A stretch of DNA of 61,952 nucleotides, counting the filler, from Fonticula-like sp. SCN 57-25 (Eukaryota), in assembly GCA_001724245.1 (NCBI GenBank). It is 3 parts of 3 records of this genome, joined end to end, with 100 filler letters (N's around TTAATTAATTAA, not from the genome) between each part and the next. Parts side by side here need not be neighbours in the genome. Positions count along the whole stretch, not along the records: positions 22,850 to 42,447 come from MEDX01000098.1; positions 42,548 to 61,952 come from MEDX01000099.1; 1 more part is not named here. One strand, written 5' to 3'. The position numbers were made by a program, and so were the translations under genes. Positions 34,212 through 44,855 of this stretch are shown in pieces (position 1 is the stretch's first letter; each line of letters opens with the position of its first letter). Below the pieces are notes generated by a model, which did no database searches, was not told the origin of the DNA, and worked only from the letters and a program-made list of their open reading frames with translations.

Positions 34212-34664
34212 TCACGCACGCGTCTGTTGCTGTGCGGTCAGCGAGTGGCGAGGGATGGGCATCCCAAACTTTCGCGAGATCTTTCGCAAGTCGCGATCTC
34301 GCGAGCTTGAGATCAAGCTTGGGCGCGAGGCGGCCATCAAATTGGGCATATTCATTGCCGCGAGCATTTCCATGGCGCTTCTGCGTGACGGCGTTGGTCC
34401 CCATTGGAGGTCGCTGGTGACCTTTATGCGCGGATTCACCGGCTGGACCCTCGCCCCGCCCGGATCATAGGCGAGTTGCTTTCCACAGCGTGCGCATAGA
34501 AGGAGGCGGCCAGTTCTTGTATTGCTATTGGTTTGCCGTCTGTGCTCTGGCTGCACGCATCCCTGAAGCATCCAACATGCCGAAGCGGAAGGTGGGAGGA
34601 CGATGTCCTGTGGGCATTTAGAGTCCCATTTTACCCGTATTGTATTTGTATTGTTTGTACTCAT
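34212..34664 (-). CDS. Hypothetical intronless ORF (150 aa), possible orphan gene
   Basis: GC-richer ATG-initiated ORF flanked by AT-rich DNA; one CxxC (CARCG); no family recognised. Confidence 0.3.
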   Translation of the reverse strand: MSTNNTNTIRVKWDSKCPQDIVLPPSASACWMLQGCVQPEHRRQTNSNTRTGRLLLCARCGKQLAYDPGGARVQPVNPRIKVTSDLQWGPTPSRRSAMEMLAAMNMPNLMAASRPSLISSSRDRDLRKISRKFGMPIPRHSLTAQQQTRA

Positions 34665-34773
34665 GTCATGTCATTATATTAGTCGTAATTATTACATATT
34701 AATGTATGTACACCCAAAATACGTCCTTTCCTCGTCTTTTTCGCGTCGTTCGTTTTTCCCGCCAAAATCGCGT

Positions 34774-36277
34774 CTAGATGCTAGACAGGCGCGCCGCCTC
34801 GATGGCGCATCCCATGACGACAATGTCCTCCGGAGCGGCTAGGCCCGCACTTGGCGCCCGCGCGGTCCCCTCGACGCGCTCCACGAGCTTGGGCGCCCGC
34901 GCCATCCCGCCGCAAAAGAGGACCTCGTGGATCGGCCGGTCGCCTGCGAGGCGCATAGCGTGCTTCACGAGCGCCTCCTGCTCGGCCCAAAACGGCTCTG
35001 CGAGGTGCTCAAACGCAGCGCGGTTGATCGGGTGAACCATATGAAGCGGGCCGGCCTATGTAAACAGTTAGAAAAAGTGAAGGAAAGGCGACCACGGCAG
35101 AGGGCCAGAGGATACAGAATGGATGACAAAAAGTGTAGAACCAGCAACTATTACCCTAACTCCCTCAGCCTAGCATCACACGCACCGCAATATAAGGCAA
35201 GTTGATTGTCGTTTGTTTGCTTGTCGACAAGTCTATTCTCGCCTGCTCGACCGCTTCCAGGAATCGCGCCCTTGCAAGCGGGTCTGCCATGACGTCAACG
35301 CCCGTTTCCTTTTGAAAAGCTGCCGCCGCGCTCGCCGCGAGCAGCCTGTCAGGCGCGTGCGCCGCCAGCGGACTCGACACCACGTGAGCGACAATCTCCC
35401 ATTCGTCGGCGCGCGTGCGCTGAACGACTGCCGCGGACGGACGCACTCCTGCGTCGTACACGAGCAGCGTCTCGCCCCCCGACCTATCCGTGCCGGCCCG
35501 CGTGTGGCTGTACGTGCGCGCCGCCGCAATTGGCGTGTCGAGCAGCGCGGCCACGTGCAGTCCCGCGTGCGCGTACGCTGCCGTGATTGCGACGCGCTGC
35601 GCGTCGTCAAAGGATGGCGGGACGGCGGCGACAGTGAGCGCGCCGTCGAGTGCCTTGGCGCCGAGGAGCGCCGCCGCGGCCGCCTTTTGCTCCTTTAGGA
35701 CGACGCGGAAGAGCGATTCGGGAGCAAACGGCTTGCCGCGAAGGCGGACGCGCAGCGGCGGTCCTTGATCAATGTCCACGCCGCTGCGCTGCAGCGCGGA
35801 GAGCTCGTCGGAAGGCAGGCTCGTGCGGCCGACGAGCGACGGCAGGGCAAAGACCGACGACCCGCCGCCGTGGACGAGCGAATGCGTCTTGGCAGCAACG
35901 CCAACGAGCATTGCGCCTTCCTCGTCGACAGCCACGTACGCAGGCGACGCGTGGCGGCCGCTCTTGCTCTCGAGAACGCGCACGCGCTTCACGGTGTCGA
36001 GGCCATACTGGTCGGTCTCGACAATGGGGGTCGCAAAGCGGACCTCGCTGCTACCAAAGTCAACGCCGAGAAGAGCGCGCGGAGTCTCGTGAATGCGGCG
36101 CTGGCGTCGCTCTTCTTCGCGCTCCTCAAAGGACTCGACCTCGATCCGGCGCACGCGGGCGAGCAGATGCCGCGCCAGAAGGCCGCTGCCGATAAGCGCT
36201 AGCGCAAGCGGCACTTGGTAGCCGCGCGATAATGCCGGCGGAACGGAATGAAGGCGGGCAGGCCGCGTGCTCAACAT
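34774..36277 (-). CDS. Atypical Hsp70-family protein: N-terminal hydrophobic segment + degenerate DnaK-type ATPase domain, no substrate-binding domain
   Basis: LGVDFGS, VPPSFDDAQR, FQKETGVDV..DPLA..R..EAVEQARIDLS..QTTINLPYI, LFCGGMARAP, PEDIVVMGCAI; intron 35056-35185; start inferred. Confidence 0.8.
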
Positions 36278-36443
36278 GACACGCGGCTGCTTAAAAAGCT
36301 GACAAAGGGAAAAGAGAGTGGCCGGCTGATCGTCTGCCGCCGCCTCCACAACAAGCAGCACGTCAGCGTTTCCCGAACGTCGAGTCAGCAAAAGAAAGAT
36401 CCGATTGTGGCAGGGCTGTCACAGTTTTTGTCCTCCTTCCGGC

Positions 36444-37024
36444 ATGTCGATCACGCACACGCAGGCCGTGCAGCGGCTGTACCGCCAGGCGCTCAGGACG
36501 TCGCGGTACGCCGAATTGGCATTATATTGGTGACGAGTGTGGCGTGAAATGAGTATATTTGTCGCTTTTTGTTTCTTTAATCTTGCCGGTTTTCGTTTTC
36601 TGACGCATCTTAGCGACTGGGCCATTTACACGGACGTATGGCGCCCGATGGCCCTCAAGATCCGCGTCGAGTTTGACGTGCGCACTCGCGTTGTCGCTTT
36701 TTTTTACTAACCGTTTTCTCTTCTATTTCTTTCTTTTGCCCCATTTTGCCTCGTTTTCCTATGGTTGTGATAACAGGCCAACCGCAATGTCGCCGAGCCG
36801 CGCGAGATTGCCCGCCTCATGGATGATGCCGCTGCCCGCCTCGAGTCGCAGCGCCACCCCGACCCCTACCGCCGTGCGCCTCTTTCTCTTTTGCGCAAAT
36901 TTCTTGTTGCTGACGTGTTTTTTGCCACACAGGCCCCGAGGCGCCCGAGGGCAGCAAGTGGGAGCGCAACATCCCGCCGCGCCCCGACATTCACTTTGGG
37001 GACTTTGCGAGCCCCGCGCACTAA
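36444..37024 (+). CDS. NDUFB9: NADH:ubiquinone oxidoreductase subunit B9/B22 (LYR family, 4 exons)
   Basis: Spliced product MSITHTQAVQRLYRQALRTSRDWA...IRVEFDANRNV...RHPDPY...PEGSKWERN. Confidence 0.9.
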
Positions 37025-37392
37025 GTTCAAATAGCGAAACTATTCTCGTCTGTACTGTTTTAAATAAACCAATGGAATTCCAATGAGCCGCCGCCGCAGC
37101 AGGAGCATCGAGATACCCAATGGGAGCCCCGTTTTGCTTCTTATGGGTATTTTGATAGTCTGATATATATTCAACACGAGAGGGAGCAACGGAAAAGGAA
37201 CGAGAAAAGGAATGAAAAGACTCAAAAGAGTGCATTGAAGCTACAAACACGTTAAAGAACGACACAAAAACGACAAAAGGCGCGGCACCAATTGACCATC
37301 ACTGGCACCCAAACAGCACCAAAAGGCGGTAAAATGGCAGCCAAAGACCCGAAAAAGCACGAAAAGACACACAAAGACACACAAAGCTGCGC

Positions 37393-40092
37393 CTAGACGA
37401 CGCGCTCGAGCGTCCTTGCCTGGTTCGTCTGCCTGAGCTGATCTCTCCTGAGCATGATCTGGATGGCCTTTGCGATCGCCGTATCGGTATAATCCTTCCT
37501 CTTGAGCTCATCGACGAGCACACGATGCTGAATGCGCGATCCGACCGGGAGCCTCCTCCTGATGTCGCGCTCGACCGTCTCGACCTCCTTGAGCATGTCG
37601 CCGCGCACGACGCCCTCCATCATCTGCCCGCTGTTCACCGCATTCATCGTCGACACGGTAAACAGACGAATCGCCTCGTCCACGTGGCGCTCCGTGGCGT
37701 ACGCGCTGAGCGTCATCTTTGCGAGGGCCTCGGTGATGCGCACGATGGCCTCGAGCTGGCGGACCGTCACGGGGATGCTCGAGCGCTGGTCGGCCTCGGC
37801 TTCCTTTTCGCGAACGTCATTGCGAATGCTCACAAAATAGTTGACAAGCTTCTCGGCGGCTTCCTCGGAAAGGCGAGGCGCGCATTTCCTATTGAAACGT
37901 CAATTTCATGCTGTATCGGCCAGTGAAAAAGGGGTAAAGACGTACATGCGGCAGTACGAAACATAGTTTTTCATCTGCTTGATGTCAATGTCGGCCACGG
38001 CGCCGTCGCCCGCAACATTGCGGTGGACAGAAACGACGTGCTTGGCGAGGCGCTAAGGGGGCGTTAGTGGCGGGTAAGGGGGAAAGGGAAGCGTACCATG
38101 TCGGTGTGCGGGTCGTGCTCGTCCTTGACGATAAAGATCATGTCAAAGCGAGACAGAATGGTCGATTGGAAATCAATATTCTAAAGGCAATTCAGTACAC
38201 ATGATGACGGAAACATGAAACAATACATAAAAATCACACGAAATATACACGATAAGTACACGAAAAGTATACCAAAAGTACACGAAATTCACCATAACAC
38301 AAAATATCATCAAAAACAATATATCCTTCAACCAAATTCATTCACGCACCTCTCCCGGCGACTTTAGGTCGTCGTATCTTCCAAACACAGGATTCGCAGC
38401 CGCAAGCACGGCCGTCCTCGAATTGAGAATCGTTGTAATACCCGCCTTTGCAATAGATATCGTCTGCTGCTCCATCGCCTCGTGAATAGCGACGCGGTCC
38501 TCCTCCCTCATCTTGTCAAACTCGTCAATGCAGACAACGCCGCCGTCGGCGAGCACCATTGCGCCTCCTTCAAGGTAAAACTCGCGCGATGCCGGGTCGC
38601 GCACCACGCTGGCGGTGAGACCGGCCGCGCTGCTGCCCTTGCCCGACGTGTACACACCAATGGGCGCCATCTTTTCAACAAACTTTAGCAGCTGCGACTT
38701 GGCCGTGCCGGGGTCGCCCAGCAGCAGCACGTTGATGTCGCCGCGGAGGCGCATGCCGTCGGGGAGAAGCTTGCGAGAGCCGCTGAAAAGGAGGCACGCA
38801 ATCGACTTTTTAATGTCGGCGCTGCCAAAAATGGACGGCGCGATCGAGTTGGCAAAGCGAGCGTAAATGTCGGGCTGGTGCGAGAGAGCGATCAGCTCGG
38901 TTTCTTCGGCGCTCGTGAAAACGCGCTTGAGGGTGCGGCCAGAGCCTTCGCTGTCAATCTCGAGGCCGACAATGCGGAGGTACGAGGAGCGGACGGCGGG
39001 GGCGGGGCCCTGGAATGAAAGCGTCAGTTGTTGGAAGCGGGCAGGAAAAGACGGAAAACATGCAAGAAAAGACGTAAAACATCCACAAAATGTCACAAAA
39101 TGATACCAAAATGACAACAAAATGACAACAAAATGAGCCAGAAAACTAAACTACATTTTACAATACTCGCCCACCCTTCTCTTTCCCCCACGTACCGTCT
39201 GCTTGCTCTGAAAGATCGAGTAGACGGCGACGGCGGTCACGCGGGTACCGGGGACGGCCCTGTTGGCGAGCGACCTGTCGCACGTCGCGAGCATGTGCCT
39301 GGGCAGCTCACCGACGGGGACCATATCCGGCGGCTCCTGCAGCTTGAGCGTCTGCTGGTCGACAAACTGGCTTCCGTCGGGGACGATCAGGTAGGGGTCG
39401 ATGGGGCACTGCTCGCCCGCCTGCTGCGCCTCGACGCGCACGCGGCCGCACGAGCGCGGCAGCGAAGCGCCCGTGATGCCCGCCTTGAGAGGGATGAAGC
39501 GCGTGTCGCGGCAGTTGCGGCACATGATGTGCAGCATGGTCGCCTTGGCCTGCGTCGTCGATGCGCTAATCACAATGGCGGGGATACGAACAAGCTTGCT
39601 AATGTGCTCGGCCGTGAGAGAGCGAATAGGCGTCGCATTCGCATTCGAGCGAAGGACAACTTGCCAGTCGGAAATGTTGTCCGGGTCCTCATTCGGCTTC
39701 TTCACCGCATTGCTCAGCGTCTGAACATACACCTTGGCGGCATCCTCAAACTAGAGAAAAAAGAGTGTTAGAGAAGAGGAAACGAAAGGAAAAAAAATAC
39801 AATCAAACAAAAGGCGCACAATAGGCAAAACGTCGGTCGGGCGGTTCGTAATGTGGTTCGTGAGCGTCTCATCAAAGGCGGTCAAGTGGTCAAGCTCGAT
39901 CTCGACAACATGCTGCCTCACCTGCAGATTCTGCAGCAACTGATCACGGTACACGAAGAATTCGCCCAAACGAAACTCGCGGAGGAACTTTAGAAACTTT
40001 CCGCTCAATTCGGCGTGCTCGGGGAGGTTGCCGACATCATTGGGAGCGAGGATCTCGGCAGTGTACACACCGCCGACATCAAACCCCGACAT
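37393..40092 (-). CDS. MCM5: DNA replication licensing factor MCM5
   Basis: [66 protein letters not shown]. Confidence 0.97.
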
Positions 40093-40733
40093 GTTGCACC
40101 TGGAGGGAGGGCCGAGTACTGGTGGAAATAGCAATAAGAAAGGAATCCTACATCGATTCTGATTGGACAACGCCATGTGTCAACCTTTCAAAGATCCCTT
40201 ATGGCATTCTAGCATGCGATGGCCATCTTTTGCAGATGCGCCAACTGTATTGCTGCCTTTCGCGCTCTTTGGACTGGCGCACATCATTAATGTGCACTTT
40301 ACAATAATACTCGCCAGATCTGCGGTTACGAAACTTCTATTTTCCACTCTTCATGGTTGTACAACACGGGAACGAGGAGGATAGGCCCGGCGAGCGAGTG
40401 AGGGGAGGGCAAAGCGAATGAAGAAGAAATACAGGAAAACAAACGAAACGCGAGCGCGCGGCGACGGCCGACCCGGCCGTGGCGGTTCTCACACCGCGCC
40501 CCCACGACAGCGACTCTTTTATAAGAGTTATCCAAACAGATATAGAATCGACATTCATCCAGCAACAAACACAAATACACGGTGGCGCGCCTTCCACCTC
40601 TCCTCTCCCCTTCTTCCCCGCGCCTCCCCTCTCGCAAAAGCAGCAAAGCACCGCCGCCACAGCCGCCGGCATCAATAAAAAACAACAAAGCAAAACAGCA
40701 CGGCAAAAGTGCGGCGCCCGGCGCCCGTCGGGA

Positions 40734-42447
40734 TCAAGCAGCAAGGTTCACCTGCTCGATCCTGGCCGACAGCGACGCCTCGTCGTCGTCGTCGTCGTCG
40801 TCATCGTCGTCGTCCTCGTCGCCCTCCTCTACCTCGTCGCTCTCGTCTCCCACCTGCGGCTGGCCGGTCAAGTCGTACGGCGTGGCCGCCAGCACGTCCT
40901 CCAAGGAGCGGTGGCGCACAAGCAGGTTGAGCACCTGAGAGTCGACGGGGAGGACAGACTTGCGGCGGATGCGCGGGAAGCCAGCAGACTCCTTGTCGGG
41001 CGACGAAGATGAACCGCCGCGAGGCTCAGTAAGCTCGTCGTCGTCGTCGTACTCTTCGTACTCGTCACGGTCATAGTCGGCGGCAGCGGCAGCGTCGGCA
41101 ACGGGTTCTGCGCCGTCGGACGCATCGGAGAGGGCAGACGAGACGCCGGCGCCGGCGCCGACAGCGCCAGCGCCGCCGGAAGTGTCTCCAGGGTGGTGAC
41201 GGTCAGCGTCAGCGCTCGCATCGGCGCTCTCGTTGCTCGTCGTCGATGTCGCAGTCGCGCTCTCCGAGTCGGGGCGGCCGCCAATGAGGGAATAGTTGGC
41301 GCGAGCGGTCGCCTCAATGCGACGCCACGCCTCTTCACGCTCACGACGCGCGCGACGCTGCCTAAAGTGGGAAAAAGGAGAAAAACATGTCAGAAAACAG
41401 AAAAAACCATGCCACCAAAAAGACGCACTGCTGCTGCTCGAGCTTGATGTTGTTCATGCAGATATCCACGAGCTCCTTGTCCATCTCTGAAAAGATGCGG
41501 AACGCGTTGAATACGTGCGTCGTTAACGACCTGTTCCAGTGCGTGTCCGACACGCGGCACATTGCGGGCAGGATGATTGGCAGGAGCACCTCGACGTTCT
41601 CCGCGACGATCGAGACAAAGTATTCGTTGTTCCAAAAGTAGAGCGCGCGCTCGGCGACCTGAAAGTGCTGGCTGTTGACACACTTTGCGAGCTTGTGGAA
41701 GAGCGGGATCATAATGTGCTTGAAGAGATTGGGGTCGAGATCGTCCAGGATTTCCTCCATCTCGGTGAGGAACATCACTTCCTTGCTGCTGTTCGTCTTG
41801 GGCCAGTACTTTAAGAGACCCATGACGACCGTCTCGCCCAGCATCGGGTTCTTCTTGAGGAACTGAATGATGCAGTACGCCAGCTGAGAGTGGTACAGCG
41901 AAAGCGAGCGCGCCTTGTGCAGCGGGATCAAAACCCGGTTCAAAAAGGCAGTGTGCTCCTCCTTGAGCGGCACGGTGAACCCATTGATGATGCTAGCACA
42001 CACAGCGTCAGTATACATTCCATTGTGGTTCATTGAAACATACCTCCCGAGAATCTCAAGCAGTTCGGCAATACCATTGTGCCGCTCCGACTCGTAGATG
42101 AACGAGTAAAAGATGTCATTTATCGACTTTCTAATAAAGGCGCGCAGCGACAGGAACTTGCCATAGATGCGATGCAGCGTCGTCTTTAAAAAGTCGCGCT
42201 CGCGTGGATCCTCGCCATCAAACAATTGCAACAGTTCTAGGATAAAGTTATTGTCGATGTAGTTGATGGCCACGCGGGCATTGAACTCTGGCGACTCGAT
42301 AAACCGCAAGAAAAACTCATAGACGATTTGCAAGTGCGGCCACGCAGCCTCCAGCACCGGCTCGTCCTCGTCGGGGTCGAACGCGTCGCCCGTCGGGTTC
42401 ACCTGAGGCGGTAAACTGCGGAACAGATTCACCGAAAACTAAGGAAA
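40734..42447 (-). CDS. PPP2R5: PP2A regulatory subunit B56 (B'), 5' part lost in gap
   Basis: [57 protein letters not shown]-terminal RRKSVLP. Confidence 0.95.
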
Positions 42448-42547
42448 NNNNNNNNNNNNNNNNNNNNNNNNNNNNNNNNNNNNNNNNNNNNTTAATTAAT
42501 TAANNNNNNNNNNNNNNNNNNNNNNNNNNNNNNNNNNNNNNNNNNNN
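42448..42547. other. Artificial assembly spacer (N-run with TTAATTAATTAA)
   Basis: Same design as the spacer at 22750-22849. Confidence 0.95.
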
Positions 42548-42709
42548 CTCTGATCTTTATCGTTCTTTCTCTGATCCTTTCTATAGCTCTTATCCTTTGT
42601 AAAGGTCAATGACCTGGGTAAAAATAATAACTATTACCAACCCTAACCCAACCTCTAAAATGATACCTTACTGAGATTTAACTAGCAAACTAAGCTGGCG
42701 TTGATGAGA

Positions 42710-43090
42710 TTTGATCAAAATCGGATCTTTGCCCATCTACGTGTTCACGACTCTACATGCCGCGCGCATCATCGGCACACGCATCTGAACATTTTTTTGC
42801 TCTTGCCTTGTTTTGCAACCTTCTCGAAAGGCGCGGTGCCTTTCGCGGCTGGTTAACTGCGTTTTGGCGGCAGATCGGTTTGCGCCTCGCCGATCTTCTG
42901 ATCCGACGACAGCAATCGTACAATGGGCAAGGCAATTGGTGGCGCACTACGATGGAATAAAAGGTATTTGCCATTTCTGTGTGACATAAGAATACGGTTT
43001 TATGCTCTTTGTTTGCTACACTTCATACTAGCCCAAAATATAATGAGATCTCGAGTCGTCCAAATGATTAATAATGTACACAAAATTTAA
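42710..43090 (+). CDS. Probable 3' exons of an unidentified gene
   Basis: Phase-compatible exons give ...EHFFALALFCNLLERR/DRFAPRRSSDPTTAIVQWARQLVAHYDGIK/AQNIMRSRVVQMINNVHKI*. Confidence 0.3.
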
Positions 43091-44150
43091 ACCAGACTAT
43101 ACATGTATTGCAAAGCGATAATGCGTTGAAATCCTCGCGCGCGTGTGTGCCTGCCTCGCACCACTTGGGCCACAAACGCGCCGAGCTCGCCGCCGCATGA
43201 TGCGCACGTCGCACACCGCTTACGATTCCCCCCTCGTGGGCACGTAGGAGCAGCGCGTTGGTGGCACACACCGCGCACCGTCCACTGAGCGCGTACAAGC
43301 AGCCCAGTACGGTAATGAGCGCGTCGTCCTGCGTCGGTCTGCTTGAGCAACGCGAGCGGGCAGTACGAACGGTCATGACGTACCTGCGGCGCGCCACATT
43401 CCCCGCGGGCTCGAGCAGCCGCCAGGAAAGATCACGACGCAGTTGCGCAGGCATGCGCTGTTAGAATGACTCGAAAAGCTGCTCGTTGCAACGTCAACGC
43501 ATTCGACTCGAAGGCTCTGCGAGATTGCGACCGGCCGCGCCTGACCATGAATCGTTCGCGTCGACGCGCCGCAATGCGCCAAGCACCTGTACACATAAAT
43601 AAAACTCTGCACCGTGTAATGCACGTGTAGATACGCAGTGGCGGAAACAAGAATCGTGCATGGGCGGCATGTCCGCGCGGGCGCAGATACGGTGGCCGAC
43701 CGCGCGATTGATCGAGCAGAACGGCGCATGGCGGCATAGGTTGCAAGAAATAAATGAAACAGAGAAGAGAGGCGCAACAGAATCGGTTGACGCCTTTGTC
43801 AGCAACACACGCAAGAGGGCGCTCGAGACCGACAATGACGACATAGGACTCGATCCCGCATCGCCCGATTTGTAGGAGCCGCCGAAGCGACAATCGGCCG
43901 GGATTCGCTTCGCGCCAAACGACAAAATCTTCGATGGAGTAATTTCGTCTTGTAAACTGAAAAAGTTTGGCAAGCAATCGCCGCGCCGGCGCAGCATCTT
44001 TCTTGTATGCTTGACTACACGTCGAGCAGCGTCAGCGCACACGCAAAAAAGGGCATCGATGCACGCACGCCTTCGTGCCAGGGTCTTAAGACCAGCAGAG
44101 CGGTCTCTGTACGCGGCCCCGAATTTGGCGTTCTCTGTTAGCGCCAATCA
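43068..44150 (-). CDS. Probable multi-exon gene of unknown function (structure unresolved)
   Basis: GTGCGT/GTACGT donors and CTGAC..AG acceptors on the minus strand; protein-like exon QAYKKDAAPARRLLAKLFQFTRRNYSIEDFVVW. Confidence 0.3.
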
Positions 44151-44855
44151 TGTCGCGTTGGCATAGAAGTGCGTCACAATTCCCACTGCGCAAGCTGAAA
44201 GGCGTCATTGCCGCTCGCGCGCGGCGGTGGCAGCGCCGCAGCGGCCCTCTCGCGCGTTTTTAACATAATCTGGGGCAGATTCAGGCGTGGTTGCCAATGT
44301 TTGCTCGCAGCAGCAGATCGGCATCATGTTTGAGCCAGAGAGAGTTGAAGCCGTCGCCCGTGCCATTGGGCGAAACATTGTTTGAGCGAATAGGGACAAG
44401 TTCATGTACAATATTTTGTGTTGCACATTGTCGTCTTATGCGTTTCTTTTTGCTTTTTCTGACTACGTCAAGGCATGCGGCGTGCAGGCCGCCTGCAAGC
44501 GCTAGTAGCCGCGTCGACATGGACAGGTCGCAGCTGCAGAAGCGTCACCGTAGTCTTTGATAAATACATGTATTGTCGCCATTATCTGGGACCATCGTAT
44601 CACCAACGACGAGCATCCTCGCTCCTTGAGGCTTGCGCAAGAATAGTGGTCATCCGGTCATCCCGGAGATCCTTACGGTGACATCTTTTTGTATTTTGCA
44701 TCATTGGATCGCCATTACCTTAAGAAATAGCAAGGAAATTAACCTAGCAGTATTATCCGTACCTTTGCACCTCTAATTTATAAACAGCCCAATGTATTAA
44801 AACGCACAACTTACAAGCAATGCAGCATCCTAGTCCAGTCTTATGTTCAAGGTTG

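Noticed and set aside
38200-38340. TACACGAAA-type minisatellite in an MCM5 intron (and ATGACAACAAA near 39110)
   Set aside because: Short, degenerate slippage repeats with no sign of structure or mobility.
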